Of a stretch of 64,000 nt of DNA, positions 19,440-28,913 are shown in pieces (positions within the stretch are counted from its first letter, which is position 1; each line of letters opens with the position of its first letter). Below the pieces are notes generated by a model, which had not been told where the DNA came from, searched no databases, and saw only the letters and a program-made list of their open reading frames with translations. The stretch comes from an uncultured Chloroflexia bacterium (GTDB lineage Bacteria; Chloroflexota; Limnocylindria; Limnocylindrales; CSP1-4): contig CAVYBU010000004.1 of NCBI GenBank assembly GCA_963766735.1, forward strand, positions 240,175-304,174, in the 5' to 3' direction. Position numbers and translations under genes: made by a program.

Positions 19440-21040
19440 GGGGCGGCTCCCTCGTCGGGCGCATCGGCCGGCGCACGCCGGGTCGTCGCCGGTGCCGCGG
19501 CCAGCTCGATCGCCCTGCGCAAAGCCGCTGCCTTGTGCTCGGTCTCCTCGAACTCCAGCTCCGGGACGCTCCTGGCCACGATCCCGGCGCCCGTGTGCAC
19601 GTGCGCCTGGCCGTCCTTGAGCACGGCACTCCGGATCGTGATCGCCGTGTCCAGGTTGCCGTCGTAGCCGAGATAGCCCACAGCTCCACCATACAGCCCG
19701 CGACGCTCGCCCTCGGCCGCGGCGATGAGCTGCATCGCGCGGATCTTGGGGGCTCCGGTGAGGGTCCCGGCGGGGAACACGGATCGAAGCGCGTCCAGCG
19801 CGTCCAGCTCCGGGCGGAGGCGTGCCTCGACGTGGCTCACGAGGTGGAGCACGTGGCTGTAGCGCTCCACCTCCATGTACTGGCTGGTGGTTACCGTGCC
19901 GGCCCGGGCGACCCGGCCGAGGTCGTTGCGCCCGAGGTCCACCAGCATCACGTGCTCGGCACGCTCCTTGGGGTCTCCCCGGAGCTCGTCGGCCAGGCGG
20001 TCGTCTTCTGCGGGCGTGGCGCCGCGCGGCCGCGTGCCGGCGATGGGATGCGTGGTCATGCGGTCGCCCACGACCTGCAGCAACAGCTCCGGGCTGGCGC
20101 CCACGACCTCGAAATCCGGGGTCCGGGTGAAGAACAGGTACGGCGACGGGTTGACGCGGCGCAGCGCGCGGTAGAGGCCGATGCCGTCAAGGGGGCTCCC
20201 GTCCGCGAGGGTCGGGAGATCGAACGACTGGCGGCGCGCGAGCACGACCTGGATCGCCTCCCCGGCAGCGATCGCGGACTTCGCCCTCTCCACGGCCCCG
20301 ATGTACTCGTCGCGGCCGAGGCTCGTCTCGACCTCGCCCAGGTCTGTGGGCGGCGGTGCGTCCCCGGGGCGGGAGAAGGATGTGGCCATCTCGGTGGCGG
20401 ATGGGCGCGCGGTCCGCTCCAGGGCCTCGAAGATCGCCCGCTCCGCGATGCGGTAGCGGCCCTCGAGGTCCGGAGCCTCCGTGTGGAGGGAGGCGATTGC
20501 GGAGAGCTGGTGCGTCAGGTGGTCGAAGACGAGGACCAGGTCCGTCTCGATGAAGGCGGCCAGCGGGACGCCCACGGGATCGTTCGTCGGGCGCGGCACG
20601 GACGGCTCGAAGGCGGAGACTGCGTCGTAGCTCAACGCACCCACCGCGCCTCCGGTGAACCGGGGCATCCCCTCGGTCGGGAGGACCCTGCGCTTTGGGA
20701 CAAAGGCGCGGAGGGCTGAGAGCGGGTCCGCGGAAACCGTCTCGGTGACGGGGAGGTCCGGGGCATAGTCGACGACGCCAACCGGGCGGGAGGTGGTCCG
20801 GACGATACCGTCGGCGACCTCCAGGAGGCGGCGGGGGCCCACGCCCAGGAAGCTGTACCGGCCCAGGCGCTCGCCCCCTTCGACGGATTCGAGAAGGTAC
20901 GCGGGGGTATGTCCATCGTCCAGGCGCAGGAACGCGCCGATGGGTGTCTCGAGGTCCGCGGTACGGGTCGCGCGCAGGAGCAACGTGTCGGCGCCACCGG
21001 CGAGGCGCTTGATCTCGTTCAGGCTCAGCGGGTCGGTCAT
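19436..21040 (-). CDS. trpE: Anthranilate synthase component I
   Basis: YLLESVEGG, NPSPY, GASPE, PIAGTRPRG, EHVMLVDLGRND and FPAGTLTGAPK motifs; ATG 21040. Confidence 0.95.
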   Translation of the reverse strand: MTDPLSLNEIKRLAGGADTLLLRATRTADLETPIGAFLRLDDGHTPAYLLESVEGGERLGRYSFLGVGPRRLLEVADGIVRTTSRPVGVVDYAPDLPVTETVSADPLSALRAFVPKRRVLPTEGMPRFTGGAVGALSYDAVSAFEPSVPRPTNDPVGVPLAAFIETDLVLVFDHLTHQLSAIASLHTEAPDLEGRYRIAERAIFEALERTARPSATEMATSFSRPGDAPPPTDLGEVETSLGRDEYIGAVERAKSAIAAGEAIQVVLARRQSFDLPTLADGSPLDGIGLYRALRRVNPSPYLFFTRTPDFEVVGASPELLLQVVGDRMTTHPIAGTRPRGATPAEDDRLADELRGDPKERAEHVMLVDLGRNDLGRVARAGTVTTSQYMEVERYSHVLHLVSHVEARLRPELDALDALRSVFPAGTLTGAPKIRAMQLIAAAEGERRGLYGGAVGYLGYDGNLDTAITIRSAVLKDGQAHVHTGAGIVARSVPELEFEETEHKAAALRRAIELAAAPATTRRAPADAPDEGAAP

Positions 21041-21092
21041 TCGGTGCGTCCCTTCGTCGGTCGACGGCTCGGAGGCCGTCGGCACCCGAGAA

Positions 21093-21434
21093 TCAGAAAA
21101 CGACCTGGTTCGTCTCTTCCGGGACGAAAGGTCGTTGACCCTCCGCGGTGCCACCCACGTTCGGCGCTGTGCCGCACTCATGACCGGCGGATCGTCCGGG
21201 GCTCCGACATTCCTCGCCCGGTCGATCGATCGGCGCTGCCCTGTATCGCTGGCGCTCTGCGCCGGAGCCTACTGGTCGTCCGCTGCGTCCTCGTCCACTC
21301 GTGCGTCCGTCTTCACAGCCCCGCGTTCGGTCCGGGGGCTCCCGGGTCCATTCGCCGCCGCCGCCATCCCGGCTCGCACCAGCCGCCGGGTCTCTGGAAT
21401 GGCGCTCGAGGGGTACTCGTCCCGATCGATGCCC
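21093..21434 (-). promoter_or_regulatory. Trp-specific T-box riboswitch (transcriptional) with intrinsic terminator
   Basis: Minus strand: stem I with GA motif, AGTA, AGAGA and GGTG boxes; specifier GAA-TGG (Trp codon at 21350-21348); T-box GGGTGGCACCGCG (21156-21144); terminator AACGACCT...AGGTCGTT followed by TTCT. Confidence 0.92.
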
Positions 21435-21454
21435 GTATTCGTGATGTGGCGCGG

Positions 21455-21483
21455 AGTATGGGGCGGCTGCCCGGGAGCGTCAA
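21455..21483 (-). promoter_or_regulatory. Sigma70-type promoter of the T-box/trp operon
   Basis: TTGACG (21483-21478), 17-bp spacer, CATACT (21460-21455). Confidence 0.7.
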
Positions 21484-21548
21484 ATGGCGCCGGAGCGTCA
21501 AGAAGGCCAGGGCAGCGCGACGCGCCGCCCTGGATCGGGGCTCTGCGA

Positions 21549-22400
21549 TCAGCCGGGGCGAAGGGTGCCGGACCAGACCTGCCAGGCCAGGAGCGACTTG
21601 GCGACCAGGCTCAGGACCATGTACGTCTTCTCGCCGTACAGGTAGTCCTTCCAGCGGCCGATCTTCTTGTACTGGAGCACCATCGTGATCGCGAAGATGT
21701 TGAAGGCCACGAACAGGCTGGCGATGATCACGTACACGAATGCCGGGATCGAGAGGTCCGCCGGCAGGCCCTCCTGGATGTTGTAGGCCCAGATGACCGA
21801 GCCGATCGCGATCCAGGGGACGATCCCCGCGATGCAGCCGAAGATGAAGTGCTTCCAGTCCGGCTTCTCGCGGCCCTCGTTGGCCGCCTCCATGCTCCAG
21901 CCGAACAGGTTCATGGCGGCGTTCACCCCGGCGATCGCGATCAGCGCCGTGAACTCCGTGATGTAGCTGATGTAGGCGATCGCCACGATCATGACCGTGG
22001 ACGAGAACGCGTACTCGACCCAGCGGAGCGGGTTCATGCCTCGCGCGAGCCACGCCTCGTACCGGGCGCGCAGGGGCCAGCCCGCGACGAAGTGCGCGAA
22101 GGCGCTCATCAGGAAGAAGCTGGCGATCAGGTAGGCGAGCGGGAAGGAGAAGAGCACGACCTCGGTCGGCTCGACGCCTGAGAACGTGCCGTCCTCGAAC
22201 ACCGGCTTGATCGTGGGCACGATGGGCGCGAACAGGGCAGCCGTGCTCGAGATCAGGACCATAAGCAGGAACTGGCCGCCGTGCGCGAACACCAGGAACC
22301 GGTTCCAGCGGCGCAGCGAGCGGCTGCGCTCTTCCGGGATCGCGGGAGGGGCCGCAGTGGGGATGGATTGGGCGCCTGTGGCGCCGGCCTGGGCGGTCAT
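21549..22400 (-). CDS. heR: Heliorhodopsin
   Basis: LRRWN...H in TM1, SAFAH in TM2, NPLRWVEY counterion Glu, YLYGEKTYMVLSLVAKSLLAW retinal-binding Lys; CATAAT -10 (22436-22431) and AGGAG RBS. Confidence 0.95.
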   Translation of the reverse strand: MTAQAGATGAQSIPTAAPPAIPEERSRSLRRWNRFLVFAHGGQFLLMVLISSTAALFAPIVPTIKPVFEDGTFSGVEPTEVVLFSFPLAYLIASFFLMSAFAHFVAGWPLRARYEAWLARGMNPLRWVEYAFSSTVMIVAIAYISYITEFTALIAIAGVNAAMNLFGWSMEAANEGREKPDWKHFIFGCIAGIVPWIAIGSVIWAYNIQEGLPADLSIPAFVYVIIASLFVAFNIFAITMVLQYKKIGRWKDYLYGEKTYMVLSLVAKSLLAWQVWSGTLRPG

Positions 22401-22472
22401 TGGGCTCGGTCTCCTGTTGGGCGTGCCCCAATTATGCGGCAGAGCGCGTCCGGCGGATGGGTCTGGCGTCGA

Positions 22473-23213
22473 TCATGGTAACGGAGCCATAGCCGCCACG
22501 AGCGAGTCCGGGTCCAGTGCGGCGACCACGTCGGCGGGTCCGATGACCGAGATCAGGAGCGTGCCCGCCGGCGCCCCGATCACGTACTCGACCGCAGTCA
22601 GCGCCACCCCGTCGCGCGGCGCGAGCGTGTACGTGAGGCGCACGGCCTCGCCCAGCGGCGTGTCCACGCGCTCGCGGGCCGTCTCCTCGGCCCCGAACGC
22701 GTCCTGGAACCCGCCGCCGATGAACCCCGCCACGAGGTCCAGCAGCGGCCCGCTGACCGAAGGCTGCGCGACGAGCACGGCGACGTTGGCAGCCAGCGGG
22801 ACGTCCGTGCCCGCGACCGAGGCATCGAAGGCAACGAGGGCCGGGACGGCCCGGTCGCCCATCTCGGCTGCGGCCGACAGCAGGGCGTCGGCGCCCGGAT
22901 AGCGCGCAACGATATCGGCCCGCCGATCCGGATCGTCCAGGGCCTCCGCATCTGCCTGCTCCCAGCCCTCAGGCACCGGCAGGCGGGCGCCGGCCGCGGG
23001 GACATCCACGAGCACGGTGCCCGACGGCGGCGGCGCCGGTGTCGTGGCCGACGTCGTGGCTGACGTCGGCGCCGCGGTGGTGAGCGGGGCGGTCGGCGAG
23101 GGCGACGGAGCTGGCGATGGAGAGGGCGATGGCGATGGGCCAATGCATCCCGCGGCCATCAGCCCGGCAAGTGCGAGCGTGGCCGAGACGGCCAGGACCG
23201 CGCGCAGCCTCAT
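22473..23213 (-). CDS. Putative lipoprotein with Pro/Ser/Thr linker
   Basis: MRLRAVLAVS...LMAAGC lipobox, then a (PS)n/TT linker and a globular domain; overlaps the adaptor gene stop. Confidence 0.7.
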   Translation of the reverse strand: MRLRAVLAVSATLALAGLMAAGCIGPSPSPSPSPAPSPSPTAPLTTAAPTSATTSATTPAPPPSGTVLVDVPAAGARLPVPEGWEQADAEALDDPDRRADIVARYPGADALLSAAAEMGDRAVPALVAFDASVAGTDVPLAANVAVLVAQPSVSGPLLDLVAGFIGGGFQDAFGAEETARERVDTPLGEAVRLTYTLAPRDGVALTAVEYVIGAPAGTLLISVIGPADVVAALDPDSLVAAMAPLP

Positions 23214-24226
23214 CCGCCGACCTTGATCGCGACCGTGGCCGTCATGTTCCAGCGCACTCCGTCGGGCACGTCGCCGGCCGGGACCACCACCACCTCGTAG
23301 ACGATCCCGCCCTGGCGGCTCTCGCCGTACGTGCCGACGCGCGCCACCGTCCCGGGGATGCTCGTGCCCGGGACGCCGTCGAGGGTGACGGCCGCCTCCG
23401 CGCCGACCTTGACGCCGGCGATCCCACTCTCGTCGAGCTCCGTGACGAGGAACTCCCACGCCGACTCGTCCGCCAGCCGGACCAGGACCTGCCCCGGCGA
23501 GACGAGCGCCCCCTCGCGGACCGGGAGCGAGGCCACCGTGCCCGCGAAGGGTGCGCGCACGTTGAGCTCCTCGCGCGCGAGCTCCAGCGATGCGATGGCC
23601 GCCTCCGCCCTGCGGACATCGGCATCTGCGGCGTTGACGCCCTCGGCGGCTCCCGTCACGGCGGCCTTGGCAACGCTGACCTGCGCCCTGGCGGCGTTGC
23701 GGGCCGCCGTCGCCTCGCCCTTGCCGGCGTTCTTGTCCTTGGCCGTCTTGAGCGCCGCCTCGGCCCCGGCCAGGTTCGCCTCGGCGACGGCAACCTGCTC
23801 GTCGGCCTGCTTCTTCCCGGCCGCGGCCTGGGCGGACCGGGCGGCCGCGGCATCGACAGCCGCCCGCGCCCCGACGATCTCGGCGTCGATGGCCGCCGTA
23901 TCGAGGGCGACGAGCACATCACCCGCGTCCACCGCGTCCCCCAGCGCGACCGCGACGTCGGACACGGTCCCACCTGCCTCGACCGCCAGCTCCGCGGTCC
24001 GGATGGGTACCGCCACGCCGTCGGCCACGACCTCATCGGCGATCGTCACCGCCGGCGGCGTGCCGCCCCCATCGGGCGACGTGGTCGCCGCTGCGGAGCC
24101 GGACGAGCTGCCGGCGAACACGCCCAGCATCGCCGCCACCACCACGACGGTGACGACGGCCGCCAGGCCCAGGAGGAGGACGAGCCGCCGGCTCGTGCCG
24201 CGGTCGGGGGCAGGGGTTGCGCTCAT
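23210..24226 (-). CDS. HlyD/MacA-family membrane fusion (adaptor) protein
   Basis: N-terminal TM, GDAVDAGDVL lipoyl half, coiled coil, VRAPFAGTV and GVRWNMTA. Confidence 0.85.
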   Translation of the reverse strand: MSATPAPDRGTSRRLVLLLGLAAVVTVVVVAAMLGVFAGSSSGSAAATTSPDGGGTPPAVTIADEVVADGVAVPIRTAELAVEAGGTVSDVAVALGDAVDAGDVLVALDTAAIDAEIVGARAAVDAAAARSAQAAAGKKQADEQVAVAEANLAGAEAALKTAKDKNAGKGEATAARNAARAQVSVAKAAVTGAAEGVNAADADVRRAEAAIASLELAREELNVRAPFAGTVASLPVREGALVSPGQVLVRLADESAWEFLVTELDESGIAGVKVGAEAAVTLDGVPGTSIPGTVARVGTYGESRQGGIVYEVVVVPAGDVPDGVRWNMTATVAIKVGG

Positions 24227-26610
24227 TCGTATGCGAGGACCTCTCGGACGCTGGTGCGGGCCGCGCGCCAGGCGGGTAGCAGGCTGCCAACGACGGCCAG
24301 CCAGAAGACAACGATGAACCACAGGACGAGTCCCTGCGCGCTGATCTCGAAGGCCAGGGGCCGCTGGACGAACGCCTGGCCCAGCGCGTCCGACAGCACC
24401 TTGCTGGCCGGGATCGCCAGCGCGGCCCCGATCAGCCACGCCAGGAGCCCGATGAGCAGGCCCTCCGCCAGGAACAGGAGGAGCACGGCCGTATCGCTGG
24501 CCCCGACGGCACGGATGACGCCGATCTCCCGGGAGCGCTCGACGACGTTCATCGTCATCGTCCCTGCCAGCCCCAGACCTCCGACGACGCCGAGCAGCAC
24601 GGCCATTGCGGAGATGAACAGCACGAGCGTGTCGAACAGCGTGAACAGGGTCGTCGTGACGTCGCTGGTGGTGGTCGTGGCCGAGACGCCGATGCCGGCC
24701 GCCTCCAGCCGGTCGCGGACCGCGGCCCCGATCCGAGCCTGGGCCGCGGGCGAGTGGTCGTCCGTGCCGACCATCACGATCCCCGCCCGACCGGTGTCGC
24801 CGAGGCTCCGCTCGAGGGCCGGGGTGCCGAGATACAGGAATGGCACCATCGTCGGGGACTGCACGATGCCCACGAGCGTCCACGGAATGTCGCGGCCGGC
24901 GATCCGCAGCGTGACCTCGTCGCCGATCGCGAGGTCCGGCTCGTCGCCAAGCAGGTTGGCCGTGGCGACCAGTGCATTGCCCTCGCCGGGCAGGAGCCAG
25001 CGGCCCTGCATCACGACGGGACGTACCGTGGTGGCGCCGTCGGGCAGACCGAAGGTGACCCGGGTCGGGCTCTCCGAGCCGTCCGGGCGGATCCGCTGGG
25101 CGCTCGCAAACCGCCACGGCTCGGCGACGGTCACGCCCTGGACGGCCAGCGCCTCCGCGACGACCGTCGAGGCCTTGACGGGCTCGGTCAGCTCCACCTG
25201 GACGTCGTAGTTGAAGTAGCGGACGGTGTCGTCGAGGGTTGCATAGAGTGAGTCGCGGACCGTGAACACCGTCATGAACACCATGCCGCCCACCGCCAGC
25301 GCGGTCAGGGTGAGCGCCAGCCGGACCTTGCGCCGGAACGTGTTGCGGATGGAGAGCAGCGTCGGGCGCGACAGGCCCCGGAGTCGGGCGAGGACGCGGT
25401 CCAGCCGGCCGTGGCCGAAGTGCTCGCCGGCGCCGGGGTCGCGGAGGGCCTCGCGGACGGTCATCCGGCCGCCGCGCCACACCGGGATGGCCGCTGCGAC
25501 GATCGGGATCCCGACGGCCACGGCGACCTCGAGCGCGATCGTCTCCGGCGGCACGAGGGCGTGGACCACGTCGAAGTTGAGCAGGCCGCTCGCGAGACTG
25601 GCCAGCCCGTAGGCGGCCAGGGCGGCGAGCGGGATCGCGATGAGCGCCGCCAGCAGGCCGTAGGCCACGACGAGCGCGAGGTAGATGCCGGCCACCTGCC
25701 GGTCGCGCGCCCCGATGGCCTTCATGATCCCGACCTGGCGCACCTGCTGGCCGATGATCACGGAAACGGTGTTCGCCACCAGGAACCCGGCCATGAGCAG
25801 GCTCAGAAGCCCGATCCCGCCCAGAACCACGAACACCGCGGCGAGCAGCTCGTTGGCGGGATGCTTGCCGGGCTCCGGGACCAGCGAGAACGTCACCGGA
25901 TAGCCGGCCTTCTCGATCCGCAGCCGCACGTCGTCCGCGATGGCCGCCGCCTCCGTGGTGGTCGCAGCGGGGTCGTCCAGGCGGATCCTCACCTCGTTGA
26001 ACGAGTCGTCCCAGCCCAGGTCCTTGAGCGTGTCGAAGGTCACGTAGGCGTTGAGCCGGCCGAAGTAGTACGCGGGTGATGCCCCGGGCTCGTGGGCAAG
26101 TCCCGCTATGGTCAGGTCGTGCTCCTTCCCCCCCGGGGCCCGGATGCGGATCGCCTGGCCGGCGGCCACGTCCACCAGCCGCAGGGCGGACCGCTCGAAG
26201 GCCACCTCGCCCTCGGCGGGCGGGAAGGTGCCCGTCTGGCGGCGGACGAGGTCGATGCGCTGGCCCTCGAAGTCCGGCAACGCCGTCAGCAGCATCTCAC
26301 GCGAGGTGCCGTCGTCCGCGAGCAGCCGGACCACGACGCTTCGTCGCCCCTCGGCCTCGTCCACGCCGGGCATGCCCCGGATGACGTCCACGAGCTCGCG
26401 GTCGAAGCCCATGCCGGTGAACAGCGTGGCCGCCGCGGGTCGGGTCGCGGCGAACCCCTGCTCGAGGTTGCGCCGGAGGAGCGCCTCGGCCCCGGCCGTG
26501 GTGCCGACGGCGAACGCCCCGATCGCGATCGACGCGACGACGAGCGCGGTGCGCGCGCGGTACTGGCCAAGGTCGCCCCGGACCTTCCGCCAGCGGACGC
26601 CGATCGCCAT
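24223..26610 (-). CDS. MacB/FtsX-family ABC transporter permease (duplicated, about 8 TM)
   Basis: RWRKVRGDL, QVGIMKAIGA, RNTFRRKVRLALT, ERSREIGVIRAVGA and PAWRAA...SVREVLAYE. Confidence 0.9.
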   Translation of the reverse strand: MAIGVRWRKVRGDLGQYRARTALVVASIAIGAFAVGTTAGAEALLRRNLEQGFAATRPAAATLFTGMGFDRELVDVIRGMPGVDEAEGRRSVVVRLLADDGTSREMLLTALPDFEGQRIDLVRRQTGTFPPAEGEVAFERSALRLVDVAAGQAIRIRAPGGKEHDLTIAGLAHEPGASPAYYFGRLNAYVTFDTLKDLGWDDSFNEVRIRLDDPAATTTEAAAIADDVRLRIEKAGYPVTFSLVPEPGKHPANELLAAVFVVLGGIGLLSLLMAGFLVANTVSVIIGQQVRQVGIMKAIGARDRQVAGIYLALVVAYGLLAALIAIPLAALAAYGLASLASGLLNFDVVHALVPPETIALEVAVAVGIPIVAAAIPVWRGGRMTVREALRDPGAGEHFGHGRLDRVLARLRGLSRPTLLSIRNTFRRKVRLALTLTALAVGGMVFMTVFTVRDSLYATLDDTVRYFNYDVQVELTEPVKASTVVAEALAVQGVTVAEPWRFASAQRIRPDGSESPTRVTFGLPDGATTVRPVVMQGRWLLPGEGNALVATANLLGDEPDLAIGDEVTLRIAGRDIPWTLVGIVQSPTMVPFLYLGTPALERSLGDTGRAGIVMVGTDDHSPAAQARIGAAVRDRLEAAGIGVSATTTTSDVTTTLFTLFDTLVLFISAMAVLLGVVGGLGLAGTMTMNVVERSREIGVIRAVGASDTAVLLLFLAEGLLIGLLAWLIGAALAIPASKVLSDALGQAFVQRPLAFEISAQGLVLWFIVVFWLAVVGSLLPAWRAARTSVREVLAYE

Positions 26611-26619
26611 GGCCCGTTG

Positions 26620-27354
26620 CTACCCCGCCGGCGAGCGGAGCCGCTTGACCAGGGCCGGGATCGAGTAGTTGTCCATGGCCCGGCCGAGCCTGGCGCTCAT
26701 GCCGTACTCCGCCACCACCTCCTCGTTGGTCGGCGCGTTGGGCAGCTTGATCATCACCGCGTACTGGCGGAACTCGGGGATCATCGCGATCGCCCACATG
26801 GCCAGGCCGGAGACCATGAAGGCGACGGCCGCTGGATCGCCGGTCGTCACCCACAGCCAGGGCACCATCAGGATGAACCCGGTCCACTCCAGCACCAGGA
26901 TGTTGCCGGCGAAGAACCCGATGACCATCCCCAGGGTGAGCATGAGGACCAGCCCGACCGGGTCGATGACGAGCAGGGCGCCCATGATGGCGGACTCGCC
27001 CCGGCCGCCCTTGAAGCGGTGGTAGACGGGCCAGTTGTGGCCGGCGACGCCCGCGGCCGCCGCGAGGTACAGGTATGGCTCCCCCGGGTACAGGAGGCGC
27101 AGCACGAGCACCGGGATCGCCACCTTGGCCATGTCCAGCAGCGACACGAGGAGTCCATACCGCTTGCCCAGCTTCATGCGCACCGACGTGGCGCTCACCG
27201 CGTCGCTGGTGAACGTGACCCCGTCGCCCACCTCGGTGACGATGTACGTCACGTCCACGGTGCGATCGACCCGCCGGGCGACGAGGCGCGCGAACGAGAT
27301 GGATCCCAGCAGGTAGCCGGCAGCGGCAGAGGCGAGCGCGACGACAGGGTCCAT
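26620..27354 (-). CDS. plsY: Glycerol-3-phosphate acyltransferase PlsY-like protein (divergent)
   Basis: [30 protein letters not shown]; the GSGNxGATN motif is degenerate (SDAVSATS). Confidence 0.7.
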   Translation of the reverse strand: MDPVVALASAAAGYLLGSISFARLVARRVDRTVDVTYIVTEVGDGVTFTSDAVSATSVRMKLGKRYGLLVSLLDMAKVAIPVLVLRLLYPGEPYLYLAAAAGVAGHNWPVYHRFKGGRGESAIMGALLVIDPVGLVLMLTLGMVIGFFAGNILVLEWTGFILMVPWLWVTTGDPAAVAFMVSGLAMWAIAMIPEFRQYAVMIKLPNAPTNEEVVAEYGMSARLGRAMDNYSIPALVKRLRSPAG

Positions 27355-27459
27355 GGCTCAGGCCTCCTCCTCGCGATGCGGGCCCGCGACGGATCTGCGC
27401 GAGGCTCCCCCGCCGTTCACCGCTGACCGGACGGCGACTTGGCGGGCACGATTGTCTGG

Positions 27460-27545
27460 TGGCGGCGAGGGTGGGATTCGAACCCACGGGACTCTCGCCC
27501 GGCGCTTTTCAAGAGCGCTGCCATAGACCACTCGGCCACCTCGCC
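27460..27545 (-). tRNA. tRNA-Ser, anticodon UGA, with encoded CCA
   Basis: GGCGAGG acceptor stem, TGGCCGAGTGG D-arm, GCGCT-CTTGAAA-AGCGC anticodon arm, long variable arm, GGTTCGAATCC and G-CCA end. Confidence 0.97.
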
Positions 27546-27608
27546 GCGGACGAGGATACCAGCAGGCTCCGCACGGACGGCGGGCGCGTTCCCCGGTATC
27601 GTTCGCCC

Positions 27609-28346
27609 GTGATCCGCGCACCCTTCGCCGACCGCGACCTCGCACACGGCCACCTGATCGACCTCCGGGACGTGGTCAAGGACTACGTCACCGACGCCGG
27701 GCCGTTCCGCGCCCTCAAGGAGGTGTCGCTCCAGGTGGACTCGGGCGAGTTCATCGCAGTGGTGGGTCGGAGCGGATCCGGCAAGTCCACGCTGATGAAC
27801 ATGATCACGGGCATCGACCGGCCCACCGCCGGCTCGCTGGTCGTCGGCGGCACGAACCTGGCCAGCCTGTCCGAGGGCCGCATGGCGCAATGGCGCGGCC
27901 GGACGTGCGGGGTCATCTTCCAGTTCTTCCAGCTGCTGCCCACGCTGACCGTGGTCGAGAACGTGATGCTGCCAATGGACTTCGCGGGCCTGTGGTCTGC
28001 GAAGGAGCGCTACGAGCGGGCGATGCACCTGCTCGAGCTGGTGGGGCTCGACGACCAGGCGCGCAAGCTCCCGGCGTCCACCTCAGGGGGTCAGCAGCAG
28101 CGCGCGGCGATCGCGCGCTCGCTCGCCAACGACCCCCCGATCATCGTGGCGGACGAGCCCACCGGGAACCTCGACGAGGTCACGGCCGAGGAGGTCTTCG
28201 TCCTGTTCCAGACGCTGGTCGCCGAGGGCCGGACGATCGTGATGGTGACGCACGACCATGAGCTCGCGGAACGGACGCGCCGGACGGTCCACATGGTGGA
28301 CGGGCGGATCCTGGACGGGACGCTGGAGGAGACACCGGCCGCCTGA
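27609..28346 (+). CDS. ABC transporter ATP-binding protein (LolD/MacB type)
   Basis: [34 protein letters not shown] and VTHD motifs; TATCGT -10 lies 6 nt before the GTG. Confidence 0.92.
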   Translation: MIRAPFADRDLAHGHLIDLRDVVKDYVTDAGPFRALKEVSLQVDSGEFIAVVGRSGSGKSTLMNMITGIDRPTAGSLVVGGTNLASLSEGRMAQWRGRTCGVIFQFFQLLPTLTVVENVMLPMDFAGLWSAKERYERAMHLLELVGLDDQARKLPASTSGGQQQRAAIARSLANDPPIIVADEPTGNLDEVTAEEVFVLFQTLVAEGRTIVMVTHDHELAERTRRTVHMVDGRILDGTLEETPAA

Positions 28347-28387
28347 CCGGCAAGACTGCCGCAGCCAGATGCCGCTCGGGTGCTGCC

Positions 28388-28870
28388 CTACACCTCGACG
28401 ACGCAGGTGCCGGCGATCAGGTCGTGCCAGCCGCGCTTGCGCGCGTCGATGAAGATCCAGATGAAGCCGAGATAGAAGACGATGGCGCTGATCCAGTAGC
28501 CGATCAGGCGCAGGATCGCGGAGCTCCAGCCGATGGGGCCGCCGTCCACATCCCGGACGACGCGGATCCGCATGACCCTCATCCCGGGAGTCTGGCCAGC
28601 GTTCTTCACCCAGAAGTACGGGAAGTACAGGAAGGCGACCGCCAGGACGGCGAGGATGAGCACGATGACGCTGCCCCCGGCCAGGACATTCAGGTCGTTG
28701 GCGCCCGCGATGCCGGCGATGATGCCGAACACGGCCGTCACGGCCAGCGAGACGAAGCCCGCGACGAAGCCGTCGATCCAGTAGGCGATGAGCCGTGCGA
28801 CGGCGCCTCCAAACCTGACGCCGGGTGCCGGGCCGGCCGGTACCGGAGCAGGCGGCAAAGGCTGAGCCAT
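28388..28870 (-). CDS. RDD family membrane protein
   Basis: RLIAYWID, GQTPG...IRVV and RGWHDLIAGT motifs. Confidence 0.88.
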   Translation of the reverse strand: MAQPLPPAPVPAGPAPGVRFGGAVARLIAYWIDGFVAGFVSLAVTAVFGIIAGIAGANDLNVLAGGSVIVLILAVLAVAFLYFPYFWVKNAGQTPGMRVMRIRVVRDVDGGPIGWSSAILRLIGYWISAIVFYLGFIWIFIDARKRGWHDLIAGTCVVEV

Positions 28871-28913
28871 ACGGAAGTCCTCCCTGGAACCGCGCGCCGG
28901 AGGAGATCAGCCC

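Noticed and set aside
27457-27462. tRNA-Ser gene ends in genomic CCACCA, like the degradation tag
   Set aside because: The tag is added post-transcriptionally; a 3-nt trailer match is readily explained by chance
21549-27545. Possible genomic island integrated at tRNA-Ser
   Set aside because: No integrase, no duplicated tRNA 3' end and no obvious compositional shift were seen
27460-27545. Possible selenocysteine or suppressor tRNA because of TGA in the anticodon loop
   Set aside because: Anticodon UGA reads Ser UCA codons; tRNA-Sec has anticodon UCA and a longer acceptor arm
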